NCBI GenBank assembly: GCA_047967505.1
Contig: CM106538.1
Length of the DNA: 64,000 nt
Strand: one strand, 5' to 3'
Source: Dipteris shenzhenensis
Lineage: Eukaryota
Below, piece after piece: positions 63,239 through 64,000 of the stretch. Made by a program: the position numbers and the translations under genes. The notes below the pieces were generated by a model, which was given only the letters and a program-made list of their open reading frames with translations, made no database searches and had not been told where the DNA came from. How positions within the stretch are numbered: the stretch's first letter is position 1; each line of letters starts with the position of its first letter.

Positions 63239-64000
63239 TGTGGGGTTAAAGGTCACTGTGCCTTAACCCCAGTTATGTACAATACTCAAACACATATATA
63301 AATGAATGAAAAAGAAGATTAGGGTGGTTCTGCACCCACCAAACTTGTGTGGCTCTCTGTCTCTCTCTCTCCTTCTTCCATTCTTGCTTCCGTTGAGAGC
63401 ACTCTCAACTGGTATCAGAGCCCGGGTGATCTAGCTGAGCGTGCGTGAATGCTTGGAAGCTCAGCAGCTCTGTGGGAGGAAGGAGAAGCTCTGTGGGAAG
63501 CTTTGTGGGTGACTTTACTTGCATCCGAGTGTGCAGAGACCTTGGAGGAACCTTTGGAAAAGTCACTTTGGCTTTGCGAAGTGGTTTTGAGAGCCTGTTA
63601 AGAGCTTTCAAAGAAAAAGTCGTTTTTTGAGCTTTTCCCTGTTCCGTTCGATGACAGAGACTCCGTATTGACTTGTAGAGGCAACTATTGCTTACTTTTG
63701 GTGTCCACTTCACTTCAGGAGCTTGGAAACACCTTCATTCTTGAATCTGGGATCATTTCATTGGATTTCTGACTCACTGTGTCAATTCCTGCGTTTTTTG
63801 CTTGGGAGTTGAAACTCAAGTTTGGAGCAACCATTTGCAGATCTGTCAGTTCCGGTGGACTCAGGAGGTCCTAAAACTTCTATGTTGCTCATCATTTGCA
63901 CTCCGGTGGAGTTTACAGATAGCTCTATTTCCAAAAACGTTTTTCAGTCCGTGTGTTCCAGACCCAGTGATTGAGACCACGGTTTCCAAAACCATCTGTC
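63239..64000 (+). mobile_element. Nested LTR retroelement with a very short (~170 bp) LTR, continuing beyond the window
   Basis: Copia homology stops at GYTL. Then TGTGGGGTTAA..CTCTCA (63407), a 2-nt spacer, PBS TGGTATCAGAGC 63410-63421, and a non-coding leader. Confidence 0.8.

Noticed and set aside
53565-64000. Right TIR of the CACTA element starting at 42091
   Set aside because: No match to CCTTGTAGTG was seen by eye, so whether the Ulp1-like gene belongs to this element is unresolved.

Overview
Eukaryotic, land-plant-type (TTTAGGG) heterochromatin made almost entirely of nested transposable elements, with no intact host gene recognised. A fern or other non-seed plant is a weak guess only. 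Left to right: (1) A deleted Copia copy is split by an 11.2-kb hAT DNA transposon (2147-13336; TIRs and 8-bp TSD) carrying a hAT transposase pseudogene, a complete protein-kinase reading frame and a ~270-bp tandem array. (2) A full-length degenerate Copia (15280-20717) is followed by a 5'-truncated minus-strand Copia. (3) An Athila/Tat-like Gypsy element has an archaeal-type RNase H + Zn-knuckle ORF upstream of gag and is interrupted by a complete CACTA-superfamily element with CACAA termini (28587-36274). (4) An interstitial TTTAGGG array and a solo LTR precede a second CACTA element (from 42091) with the same head-to-head two-gene layout, a 283-bp palindrome, and a young Copia (44309-49802) inserted at a start codon. 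(5) A Tnp1-like/Ulp1-like gene lies next to an inverted telomere array and a G-rich array. (6) Two nested LTR elements end the window. A 246-bp MITE occurs three times, each with a perfect 8-bp TSD. The best candidates for undescribed biology are the kinase-carrying hAT, the RNase H ORF upstream of gag, and the divergent-gene CACTA/CACAA lineage. All alignments were done by eye and no database searches were run.
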